Below, in pieces: positions 30,190 through 37,836 of a stretch of 64,000 bases of DNA. A model generated the notes under the pieces. The model was not told the DNA's origin. It made no database searches and saw only the letters and a program-made list of their open reading frames with translations. The DNA is taken from positions 62,001-126,000 of the IMG/VR virus record IMGVR_UViG_3300028840_005860; one strand, given 5' to 3'. The stretch's first letter is position 1; the number at the start of each line of letters is the position of its first letter. A program made the position numbers and the translations under genes.

Positions 30190-30785
30190 CTCTGCGGTAG
30201 CGGAGGGACGACCCCGTCCGAGCACGCCTTGCTCATGTAACTCAGGACGGCGACCTCGCCCTCGGTCATCGACAGTCCGTGCGCCTCCTTGAGTCCAATC
30301 CAGGCGGCGATGTAGGCGCACCGGAGCTCGGGAGAGGGAGGAAGCCACTCGTCGGGACCCTTGGCACCCTTGGACCTGTTCGTGGTCCGCGAGGTCGCCT
30401 TCAGGTTGTCCAGGTCGTTGGCGAACCCGCGCTTCCTGGCCTTGTCCCACTCCCAGCCGCCCGACTCGTGGGCGTCCCGGAGGGCGACGACGTGGTCGAC
30501 GTCGACCGTCGACGGGTCCTCGACCACGCTGCCATCGTACGGATCCATCCACCGACCTGAGGCGACCCTGCACTGCTTCTCGTCGGTGAACGCGACCGGG
30601 ACCTCCGAGTCGCGGACGAGCACCTCCTGCCTCGTGTCCTGGCAGTCGCCGTCGGCGTCGGCCCAGCGGCCCCAGTCGCTCCGGTCGTACTCGGGGACTG
30701 TCTCCTCCGGGCACGCGAGAGGGGGATCAGCGGCCACGGCGCAGGTCGCGAGGCCGAGGAGGGTTAGGGAGATCCAGCGGCTCAT
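30186..30785 (-). CDS. secreted DUF1524/HNH-family endonuclease
   Basis: Signal peptide; YDRSDW..W.D.DGDC.DTR.EVL.RD; VDVDHVV; FAND..NL...S...NRSKG.KGP..WLPP. Confidence 0.85.
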   Translation of the reverse strand: MSRWISLTLLGLATCAVAADPPLACPEETVPEYDRSDWGRWADADGDCQDTRQEVLVRDSEVPVAFTDEKQCRVASGRWMDPYDGSVVEDPSTVDVDHVVALRDAHESGGWEWDKARKRGFANDLDNLKATSRTTNRSKGAKGPDEWLPPSPELRCAYIAAWIGLKEAHGLSMTEGEVAVLSYMSKACSDGVVPPLPQS

Positions 30786-30823
30786 TTCCCCAATTCTACC
30801 CCGAAGCGCGTAAAACCAGGGAG

Positions 30824-31042
30824 ATGGCAGACCTGGGGCACGAACCGAAGGAGCACAAGGGTCGGAAGGTTTACGGAAGAGCCACGTCGTTCACCGACGG
30901 CTTCGACGTTCTCGACGGTCTCGACGGTCCTCCCAATTTCCTGTTCAACGCCTGCCGCCACTGTGGCGTCCTGTACGTGCCTACCGACGGTGCCGTCTGT
31001 CCGACGAGGCTGTACGAGTTCCTGAAGGAGAGATTGCTATGA
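30824..31042 (+). CDS. hypothetical protein
   Basis: ORF track. Confidence 0.55.
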   Translation: MADLGHEPKEHKGRKVYGRATSFTDGFDVLDGLDGPPNFLFNACRHCGVLYVPTDGAVCPTRLYEFLKERLL

Positions 31043-31467
31043 GTAGCTTGCCGCCGCCTCCGGGCGTCACGCTCATGACCGCAGGTGACGCCCGTCGAGA
31101 ATTCCCGGACAAGGAGATCGGGCCCGCGTTGCCAGCCTGGGGAGGCTCTCCCGCGCTGCCGCCGGCGCCCGACGACTCGTGGTGCTGGGTGCTAGACGCA
31201 GGTGCGGAGGTCAGGTCGCGGTTCAAGACGCGAGAAGAGGCCCTGATGGACTCGTGGAGAACCTTGTGGTGGATCTGCGAGAGCTACGCCTACACGTCGC
31301 CCGAGCAGAAGCGTCAGATGAGGGACGCGAAGATCGCGTTCCTCATGGAGCAGGGTTGGGGGTTCCCGGACGACTACAAGCGGAGGCGGCGCGAGCACGA
31401 TGCGATCGAGAGGTCTCGCCGTCAGTGGATCGAACAGGAGCGGGCTACGGAGTTCACGGGGAAATGA
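31039..31467 (+). CDS. hypothetical protein
   Basis: ORF track. Confidence 0.6.
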   Translation: MSSLPPPPGVTLMTAGDARREFPDKEIGPALPAWGGSPALPPAPDDSWCWVLDAGAEVRSRFKTREEALMDSWRTLWWICESYAYTSPEQKRQMRDAKIAFLMEQGWGFPDDYKRRRREHDAIERSRRQWIEQERATEFTGK

Positions 31468-32297
31468 GAATCTTCCTGGTACGTCACGGGCAGTCGAGGG
31501 CCAACCTCGACTGGGAGGAGAACAGGCGCGTGGCCGACCACGCCATCGCGCTCTCGGAGGAGGGCAGGAAGCAGGCGCGGGCGGCCGGAGACTTCCTGGC
31601 CCGGTACTTCTTCGACCGGCTCACCGTGGGCCAGCCCTGGAGGACGCCGCCGATCCGGCTGTGGCACAGCCCCTACCTGCGGTGTCGGCAGACCGCGGCC
31701 GAGATCGAGGGCGCCTGCCGCCTCCCACTGGTCGACTCCGACTTCGACCACGACGACCGCACAACGTGGCAGATCGGCCCCGTCTACGGCGCGGCCGCGA
31801 ACGAGCCCCGCGTCTACCCCGACCGGCGGGACGGCGACCCGTGGTTCCTCGACGCGCGCGAGCACCTGCTCTTGGCCGAGCAGCAGTTCGGGATCTTCGA
31901 TGGCCTCTCCGACGACGAGCGCCGCGAGCGATACCCCGACATGCAGGCGTACTACGAGAAGTGCAAGAAGTTCGAGGGCAAGCTCTGGCCGAAGATGCCG
32001 CTTGGAGAATCTCGCTTCGAGGTCTGCCAGCGCGTCCACCAGGCGTTCGGCACGTTCCACCGCGACGCCCAGAAGCACGGGATCGAGAACGTCGTGATCG
32101 TCGGACACGGGACGACGAACCGCGCGTTCGTCATGATGTGGCTACACCTGCGGTACGAGTGGATGCACGAGGAACCCAACCCGAGAAACTGCTCCATACG
32201 GCTGCTCGAAGACGGTGAGGACAGGGGGTACATCTTCGAGGGTTTCGAGCACGCCGAGGGGTACAACCACGAGGCCAACCGAGAGACCGAGGAGTAG
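31464..32297 (+). CDS. histidine phosphatase (phosphoglycerate mutase superfamily)
   Basis: MRIFLVRHGQS; SPYLRC.QTA; EQQFG; GES; VGHG; NCS. Confidence 0.9.
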   Translation: MRIFLVRHGQSRANLDWEENRRVADHAIALSEEGRKQARAAGDFLARYFFDRLTVGQPWRTPPIRLWHSPYLRCRQTAAEIEGACRLPLVDSDFDHDDRTTWQIGPVYGAAANEPRVYPDRRDGDPWFLDAREHLLLAEQQFGIFDGLSDDERRERYPDMQAYYEKCKKFEGKLWPKMPLGESRFEVCQRVHQAFGTFHRDAQKHGIENVVIVGHGTTNRAFVMMWLHLRYEWMHEEPNPRNCSIRLLEDGEDRGYIFEGFEHAEGYNHEANRETEE

Positions 32298-32300
32298 GAC

Positions 32301-32612
32301 GTGCTGGAACCACCGAAGCCCACCGGGAAGCCTCCCACGACCGTCGCGCTCGTCGGCAAGGTGATGCCGTGGATGCGGGGACAACCCGTGCTGCTGGAGA
32401 TGCCGGCGAGCATCTGGCGATACCTTCCCCTGTTCGACTCGCCCGAGGGCCTCTCCGTCTTCCTGACGAAGGCCGAGGTCGAGTGGGAGTCCATCAAACA
32501 GGTGGACGACGTGTCCGAGTTCCTGTCGAGCTTGGACGGCACCGACATCAAGGTCATCTGCGACCCGAGGTTCACGGACACCGGACGAGTCCGGTTCCAT
32601 CAGATTCAGTAG
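32301..32612 (+). CDS. hypothetical protein
   Basis: ORF track. Confidence 0.55.
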   Translation: MLEPPKPTGKPPTTVALVGKVMPWMRGQPVLLEMPASIWRYLPLFDSPEGLSVFLTKAEVEWESIKQVDDVSEFLSSLDGTDIKVICDPRFTDTGRVRFHQIQ

Positions 32613-32641
32613 GCCATGGCCAAGGCGAGGGGCATCCAGGA

Positions 32642-32986
32642 ATGAAGTACAGCACGCACGAGATCTCCCGGCCCCCGGGCGAGATGAAGTGCGCCTGCGG
32701 GGGTTTTCTCTGTGAGGTGCGCACGATCGTGCTGCCCGAGTCCGAGCCCCCGCATCACCGAAAGAAGCGCATCAGGAAGAAGTGGCGCAAGAGGTGGGAG
32801 CGAGACGAGGCGGTCGTCAGGGGCGTCAGCGCGATGGCGGGTCTGATGCAGCGCCCCTTCTACCGATGCGAGAAGTGCGGGAAGTCGGAGAGCTTCTACT
32901 CGGCCGTGGGTCGGAACCTCATCGAGATCCAGCCGCTTCCCTCGGGAGCACCCCCCTTCATCTACGACTGGGAGGCCGAGGACTAG
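32642..32986 (+). CDS. zinc-ribbon hypothetical protein
   Basis: CACG...CEKCG. Confidence 0.55.
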   Translation: MKYSTHEISRPPGEMKCACGGFLCEVRTIVLPESEPPHHRKKRIRKKWRKRWERDEAVVRGVSAMAGLMQRPFYRCEKCGKSESFYSAVGRNLIEIQPLPSGAPPFIYDWEAED

Positions 32987-32989
32987 CGC

Positions 32990-33196
32990 ATGAACGTGAA
33001 GCTGATCGTTCCGGCCGTGGTGCGGGAGAGGAGACCCGAACCCTCCGACAACTCGACCGAGTACCCGGATTCCGTACGCGCCGAGTACCAGGCGACGGGC
33101 CGCCAGATCGCTGACCTGGAGGAGCGCCTGCGTGAGCTCGAGGGCAGGCGAGTTCAATTGGTCACGGAGCTTGCCTTCAGGAGAACCGAGGTTTGA
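32990..33196 (+). CDS. small coiled-coil protein
   Basis: ORF track. Confidence 0.5.
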   Translation: MNVKLIVPAVVRERRPEPSDNSTEYPDSVRAEYQATGRQIADLEERLRELEGRRVQLVTELAFRRTEV

Positions 33197-33492
33197 CCAC
33201 GACGAAGGAGGCCGACATGTTTCTCATCACCCGATGCAAGTCTTGCGGGGGTCCCCACGTGCCTCAAAACTGGGGCGACGACTGGTGCGAGGACTGCATG
33301 ACGCTCCCGCGCGCCGGGTTCACCGACTGGGAGACGGACCACGTCACGGCCCGGGGTTACCAGGCACAGCCCTGCTTCGGAACGAGCTGGCCGGTCGTCC
33401 ACGGGCGTCACGTTCCCGTCCTCTTCTTCCCGAGCATCGAGCAGCGAGACGAGGCGCTCGCCCTGCTGCGAGGTCACTTCAGGCAGTCATGA
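33193..33492 (+). CDS. hypothetical protein
   Basis: CKSCG...CEDC. Confidence 0.55.
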   Translation: MTTTKEADMFLITRCKSCGGPHVPQNWGDDWCEDCMTLPRAGFTDWETDHVTARGYQAQPCFGTSWPVVHGRHVPVLFFPSIEQRDEALALLRGHFRQS

Positions 33493-33869
33493 CCGAGAGG
33501 AACTGGCTCCAGGAGATGTGGCGCTCCGGCTACTGCCGCGACGCCGTGCACATGGCGGCCGGAACGAACCTCGACGCCGAGGGCGCCGAGGAACGCCTCC
33601 TGTGGATGCAGGAGCACCTCCCGACCTGCCAGGAGTGCAAGTTCGCCAACCTCCTGAAGGCCATGGAGGCGTCGGTAGCCAAGGAGCTCGACTTCTCCGA
33701 GCAGTTCGAGAACGGAGGGGACGTCTCGAAGCAGCTTGGGTACCGCGAGGTCCTGGATCGGCACCTGAGGATCGGCATGCGACTCGGGTTGATTGACGCC
33801 TCGGTCGTGGGTTGGATGGCTCGAGTGGTTGAACGACAGCGGACCCCGTGGCCCGGCGCCACCCACTGA
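33489..33869 (+). CDS. hypothetical protein with zf-HC2-like H..C..C
   Basis: EHLPTCQEC. Confidence 0.6.
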   Translation: MTERNWLQEMWRSGYCRDAVHMAAGTNLDAEGAEERLLWMQEHLPTCQECKFANLLKAMEASVAKELDFSEQFENGGDVSKQLGYREVLDRHLRIGMRLGLIDASVVGWMARVVERQRTPWPGATH

Positions 33870-33897
33870 TCTCGGCACCCGGAAGTGAAGATCGGAC

Positions 33898-33926
33898 TTG
33901 ACTTCGCGTCCAACCTGACGTATCTC
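33898..33926 (+). promoter_or_regulatory. sigma70-type promoter upstream of the first tRNA cluster
   Basis: TTGACT-17 nt-TATCTC; near-identical to 59357..59385. Confidence 0.65.
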
Positions 33927-34027
33927 TCCCTGAGAGGCTTCAGATGGCCAGGATCATGCAGCACGCGTCGAGCACTCGCACCCTCCCACTCGGTGGGCAG
34001 GGGCGGCTCCCCCTGCCTGCGTACCTA

Positions 34028-34122
34028 GGCCGTCGCCCGCGACTGCCCGGTGTCCCATCTCCCTAGCGGGAGCACATACGAGGACACCGGGCGAGGGCGG
34101 ACAGAGGGTTCGCCCTCGGTCG
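34028..34122 (+). ncRNA. candidate structured leader/ncRNA
   Basis: Perfect 11-bp stem 34045-55/34082-92, outer cgccc/gggcg, inner ctccc-tagc-gggag, and a UUCG hairpin at 34104-117. Confidence 0.4.
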
Positions 34123-34144
34123 TTTAAGCCCCAGACACCGACTT

Positions 34145-34219
34145 CGGGCGGTGGCGCAGTCTGGCTAGCGCGCCTGCTTTGGGTGCAGGATGTCGCCGGT
34201 TCGAATCCGGCTCGCCCGA
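34145..34219 (+). tRNA. tRNA-Pro(TGG)
   Basis: Cloverleaf; cctgc-tt tgg gt-gcagg; GTTCGAATC. Confidence 0.9.
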
Positions 34220-34259
34220 CGAACAGAAGGAGCACGTCAAGCGAACGAAGAACACACAC

Positions 34260-34335
34260 GCCCCCGTAGCTCAGCGGAAGAGCATCGGTCTACGGAACCG
34301 AGCTGTCGGGAGTTCGAATCTCTCCGGGGGTGCCA
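34260..34335 (+). tRNA. tRNA-Arg(ACG)
   Basis: tcggt-ct acg ga-accga; encoded CCA. Confidence 0.9.
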
Positions 34336-34340
34336 TGCAC

Positions 34341-34417
34341 GTCCTCCGTAGCTCAATGGACAGAGCGTCCACCCCTGAGGGGTGGGAGGTTGCAGGTTCG
34401 ACTCCCGCGGGAGGGCG
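34341..34417 (+). tRNA. atypical tRNA: Arg-type body with enlarged anticodon arm (6-bp stem, cc TGA gg loop)
   Basis: Acceptor gtcctcc/ggagggc, D and T arms normal; anticodon arm 2 nt too long and lacks U33. Confidence 0.65.
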
Positions 34418-34427
34418 TGCAGCAGCT

Positions 34428-34502
34428 GTTCCCGTAGCTCAGCGGAAGAGCGTCGGTCTCCGGAACCGAAGGACGTGGGTTCGAGTCCCCCCGGGAATGC
34501 CA
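34428..34502 (+). tRNA. tRNA-Arg(CCG)
   Basis: tcggt-ct ccg ga-accga; CCA. Confidence 0.9.
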
Positions 34503-34503
34503 A

Positions 34504-34578
34504 CGGGATGTGGCGCAGTCTGGCTAGCGCGCGTCGTTCGGGTCGACGAGGCCGTGGGTTCAAATCCCACCATCCCGA
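34504..34578 (+). tRNA. tRNA-Pro(CGG)
   Basis: cgtcg-tt cgg gt-cgacg. Confidence 0.9.
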
Positions 34579-34812
34579 CTGAAAGAGAAACCATCATGGC
34601 GGACATCATCACGTGGACGACGCGGAGGCGGCTTTATCCGCATCGTGGAGTGGGCCCGCGAGGGCAGCCACGAGGCCGAGGTGGACGAGTTCCTCGCCCG
34701 GCAGAGGGCCGAGTGCGAGCGAGCTGAACGGAACAACCCCGTCCTGAGGGCGCGACGACGAAAGGAGAAACAACGAGAGAGGGCTGCACGACGCGCAGCC
34801 AAGAAAAAGCAA

Positions 34813-34887
34813 CGGGATATGGCGCAGTCTGGCTAGCGCACTTGACTGGGGGTCAAGGGGCCGCAGGTTCAAATCCTGCTATCCCGA
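34813..34887 (+). tRNA. tRNA-Pro(GGG)
   Basis: cttga-ct ggg gg-tcaag. Confidence 0.9.
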
Positions 34888-34922
34888 CGATGAGCGAGAA
34901 TCACGAAGAGACTACAAGCAAC

Positions 34923-35002
34923 GGATTTAGGGTCCCGTGTATGTCGGTTCGAATCCGGCCCTCGCCACCACGCGGCGAGGTAGGCGAATTGGAACAGCCG
35001 CG
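34923..35002 (+). tRNA. candidate circularly permuted tRNA-Leu(TAG): 3' half 34923-34970, 5' half 34974-35002
   Basis: 3' half ends cctcgcc-A-CCA; downstream 5' half starts ggcgagg with a Leu-type D arm; the joined halves give a perfect cggga/tcccg anticodon stem. Confidence 0.7.
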
Positions 35003-35040
35003 TAGCAACACCCATCCCTTCAACTCTCTCGCTCACAACT

Positions 35041-35116
35041 GCCGCGGTGGCCAAGCTGGTAAAGGCGCCTGATTAAGGATCAGGAGATTTTGTCGGTTCG
35101 ACTCCGACCCGCGGTA
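35041..35116 (+). tRNA. tRNA-Leu(AAG) with short variable region
   Basis: cctga-tt aag ga-tcagg; gccgcgg/ccgcggt; A73. Confidence 0.8.
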
Positions 35117-35145
35117 CAGTGTGCTGATGGAGGACGAAAAACCCC

Positions 35146-35679
35146 ATGAGCACAAAAGTCCCAACCTGCAAGGTGTGTGGAGAGACGGACCCAGCGAAAC
35201 TGGTGAAAATCTCCAGAAATAGACGCCCTTACTACAGAGGATGGTGCGTTCCCTGTTACAGCGCATACCGGAAAGAGTGGAACAGACGAAATCCAGAACG
35301 AGCGAAGGCGACGTGGGCTCGAGCCCACGAGCGTCAGAAGAAGAAACGGAGGCAAGGACAGGACACCGCCCGGTTTATCTGGGTCGATTCACGAAGATCC
35401 GACAAGAAACGAGGATTCAAAAACGACCTGACCAAAGAGTTCATCGCGGAGCAGATCACCAAAGGTTGCTCGTACTGCGGGGAGAAAACGATCCGCATGA
35501 CGCTCGACCGCATCGACAACGAACGAGGACACACGACGGACAACGTCGTGCCCGCGTGCATCCGGTGCAACCACATCCGTGGGAACATGCCCTACGAAGC
35601 ATGGCTCTGTTTTAGGGCAGCGTTGCGGCGGGCGCGACGGGAGGGGTTATTCGGGAACTGGACTGGAAGAACTAGATAA
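35146..35679 (+). mobile_element. free-standing HNH-type homing endonuclease
   Basis: CKVC...CVPC; CSYCGE...LDRIDN..GH...NVVPACIRCN; lower GC; lies between Leu tRNAs. Confidence 0.85.
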
Positions 35680-35764
35680 GCCCAGGTGGCGGAATTGGTA
35701 GACGCGGTCGGTTCAGGACCGGCTGTCTTACGGCGTGCGAGTTCAAATCTCGCCCTGGGCACCA
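35680..35764 (+). tRNA. tRNA-Leu(CAG)
   Basis: gtcgg-tt cag ga-ccggc; long variable arm; CCA. Confidence 0.92.
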
Positions 35765-35774
35765 GGAGCAGAAC

Positions 35775-36062
35775 ATGAAGTCTTTTGAGAAGCAGCTGGC
35801 CGAGAGCCTGACCTTCAAGCCTTTCCGGGCCCGGAAGGAGAGGGACGAGTTCGGTCTCGAGACGTGGACGGACGAGACCCGGGACCAGATCCGGCCCGGG
35901 ACCGTGATCCGTTTCAATGACGGCGTCGTGCAGATCGTCGGGCACTGCAACGAGATCTTCGGAGTCTGCGACGACTGCACGGAGTATGGCTACGACGACG
36001 TCGAGGCGGTTGCCCACGTCGAGCAGCTCCTCAAGAGCAAAAAGTCGAGACGGAAGGACTAA
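35775..36062 (+). CDS. hypothetical protein
   Basis: ORF track; SD AGGAG. Confidence 0.65.
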   Translation: MKSFEKQLAESLTFKPFRARKERDEFGLETWTDETRDQIRPGTVIRFNDGVVQIVGHCNEIFGVCDDCTEYGYDDVEAVAHVEQLLKSKKSRRKD

Positions 36063-36070
36063 GGCTGCTC

Positions 36071-36676
36071 CTAGAGCCGCTCGTACCCGTACCGGTCGAA
36101 CAGGGGGTCGAACCTGGCGTTCACGGCGTCGAGGGACTCTCGGTCGTAGTACTCGCGCCAGGGTCGTTTGTCCGGCGTCACGTTGCTGCGTGGGATCTCC
36201 ACGGGCTCCAGTCCGACGTCCGCCAGCGCCGCGTTCAGGTCGTCGTCGAGGTGCTCGTATCGGAGAACCCGGCTCCCCTGCCTGACGAGGTAGTCGAGCT
36301 CGGCGAAGCGTTGGTCCTCCAGTTCGGTGATGAACGCCGTCAGCGTGGAGAATCCGTACCGGTCCAAGGCCCACCAGGTGGCGACGAGGTCGTAGGGGTT
36401 CCTCATGGTCGACATGACCGTCTCTCGCCTCGTGTAGAGGGAGGGCGGAAGCAGGAACGTCTTCGCGTCTCGCTCTGCCTTGAACAGGGTCTTGAATTCG
36501 TCTCCTCGACGCACCTTCACGAGCCGGAAATCGCCGGCCTCGATCTCGGGGAGCCCGACGTGCTTGTAGTCGAGGACCACGGCGCCCTCGATCTTCTCGA
36601 GAGCCTGGGTGGTCGCGTAACTCGCCGTGTGTGGGGTGCAGAGGTAGAGCAGCTTGCCGGGGAAAAGGACGGCCAC
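36071..36676 (-). CDS. sulfotransferase family 2-like protein
   Basis: LLYLCTPHTASYA (degenerate H.PKTAG 5'-PSB), MRNPYD (3'-PB), RYEHLDDDL. Confidence 0.6.
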   Translation of the reverse strand: MAVLFPGKLLYLCTPHTASYATTQALEKIEGAVVLDYKHVGLPEIEAGDFRLVKVRRGDEFKTLFKAERDAKTFLLPPSLYTRRETVMSTMRNPYDLVATWWALDRYGFSTLTAFITELEDQRFAELDYLVRQGSRVLRYEHLDDDLNAALADVGLEPVEIPRSNVTPDKRPWREYYDRESLDAVNARFDPLFDRYGYERL

Positions 36677-36956
36677 GGCCCATCCTACCCCGCCTGTAAC
36701 GCCGTCGGACTAGAAGGTGGGGGACCCTGTCCGGCCCTCCGACATCCCTCAGGAGACGCCATGACCAGGAAACGAATCGCGCCGCTCAGGTGGATCGTAG
36801 GCGAGAAGAACGACGAGTACGGGAGGATCGTTGAAATCCTCGAGTGCGGCCACGAGCAACCCCGGAAGGAAGACATCTACGGGCCCACGAACGCCCTCAG
36901 GCGGAGATGCCGGAGATGTCTTCAAGAACGTGAGGATTCGACGGAGTAGAAGGGAC

Positions 36957-37502
36957 ATGCGCGTCCTCATCTCCAGCGTGTGCTCGTTCTGGCTCTCTCG
37001 GCAGGCCGTCCTGCGGGCCCGGGAACTGGGCGCTGCATGGGCGGTACCCGAGGAGATCGCCCTGCTCGGGGAGGAGCAGCACCATGAATTCGGTCCCGAC
37101 TGGCGCGACCTCGTGCGCTCGGAGGAGGGCAGGTACAGCCGTTTCCATGGAGACGAGGAGGAGTTCCTCCGCTGGGAGGACTGCCACTACAACCTCCCGA
37201 GCGAGGTGCCGCGCCACGATCCCGTCCTGCTTCAAGTCTTCGACGAGATGGGCGGGGAGGCGATGGAGGGCTCGATGCGCGAGCATCCCGATGACCCGCC
37301 CGAGTATGAGGACCGGATCGAGTGCGTCGAGGTCCCCGACGACGTGACCTACTCCATCGAGAGCTACCTCGGGGAATGGGTTGCGGAACGGCACCGAGTG
37401 TGGTCTACTGACGACGGCCCCGAGGGACACCTCCCGGGCTGGCAGTACTTCACGAAGGACAGCACCTACCAACCCCGGCGAAAGGAGAGCAGCGATGGAT
37501 GA
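36957..37502 (+). CDS. conserved phage hypothetical protein
   Basis: RHDPVLLQVFDEMG...VEVPDDV.YSIE.Y.GEWVAERHRVW pattern common in large phages. Confidence 0.7.
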   Translation: MRVLISSVCSFWLSRQAVLRARELGAAWAVPEEIALLGEEQHHEFGPDWRDLVRSEEGRYSRFHGDEEEFLRWEDCHYNLPSEVPRHDPVLLQVFDEMGGEAMEGSMREHPDDPPEYEDRIECVEVPDDVTYSIESYLGEWVAERHRVWSTDDGPEGHLPGWQYFTKDSTYQPRRKESSDG

Positions 37503-37537
37503 CGACAACTATGCGTATTCCAGCATGACGCGCTCTT

Positions 37538-37611
37538 CCGCAGGGGACCCGAGTAGGTCGGGTACGGGGTTGTAAACTCCGCGGTAGCAGGTTCGACTCC
37601 TGTCCTGCGGT
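37538..37611 (+). tRNA. atypical tRNA-Tyr(GTA): short variable loop, C1:G72, U73, no U8
   Basis: ccgcagg/cctgcgg; accc/gggt D stem; cgggg-tt gta aa-ctccg; gcagg-ttcgact-cctgt. Confidence 0.7.
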
Positions 37612-37615
37612 CGAA

Positions 37616-37692
37616 GGCGACCGCCGTCTCCCCAGCGCCCCGGCGCGGGCGAAAACCCGGCTCGGCCGAGGCCGTGTGGGACGGCGAGCGCC
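37616..37692 (+). ncRNA. multibranch structured RNA candidate between the two Tyr tRNAs
   Basis: Closing stem cgccgtc/gacggcg plus three internal hairpins. Confidence 0.35.
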
Positions 37693-37697
37693 ACCCT

Positions 37698-37784
37698 CGG
37701 TGGGTATGCAAGAGGCTAAAGCAATCGGACTGTAAATCCGCCGCGCACCGCGCTTCGGAGGTTCAAATCCTCCCCCACCGGCCA
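37698..37784 (+). tRNA. tRNA-Tyr(GTA), long variable arm, C1:G72, G73
   Basis: cggtggg/cccaccg; cgga-ct gta aa-tccg; CCA. Confidence 0.8.
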
Positions 37785-37836
37785 CGCCCTTCGCGGGCTG
37801 ACGGCTCGGAAAGACGAGTAGAAACGAGAAGGAACC

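Noticed and set aside
34917-35009. Permuted group I intron (PIE) explanation for the permuted tRNA
   Set aside because: The flanks are too short, the exon does not end in U and the putative intron does not end in G; no P7 core is visible
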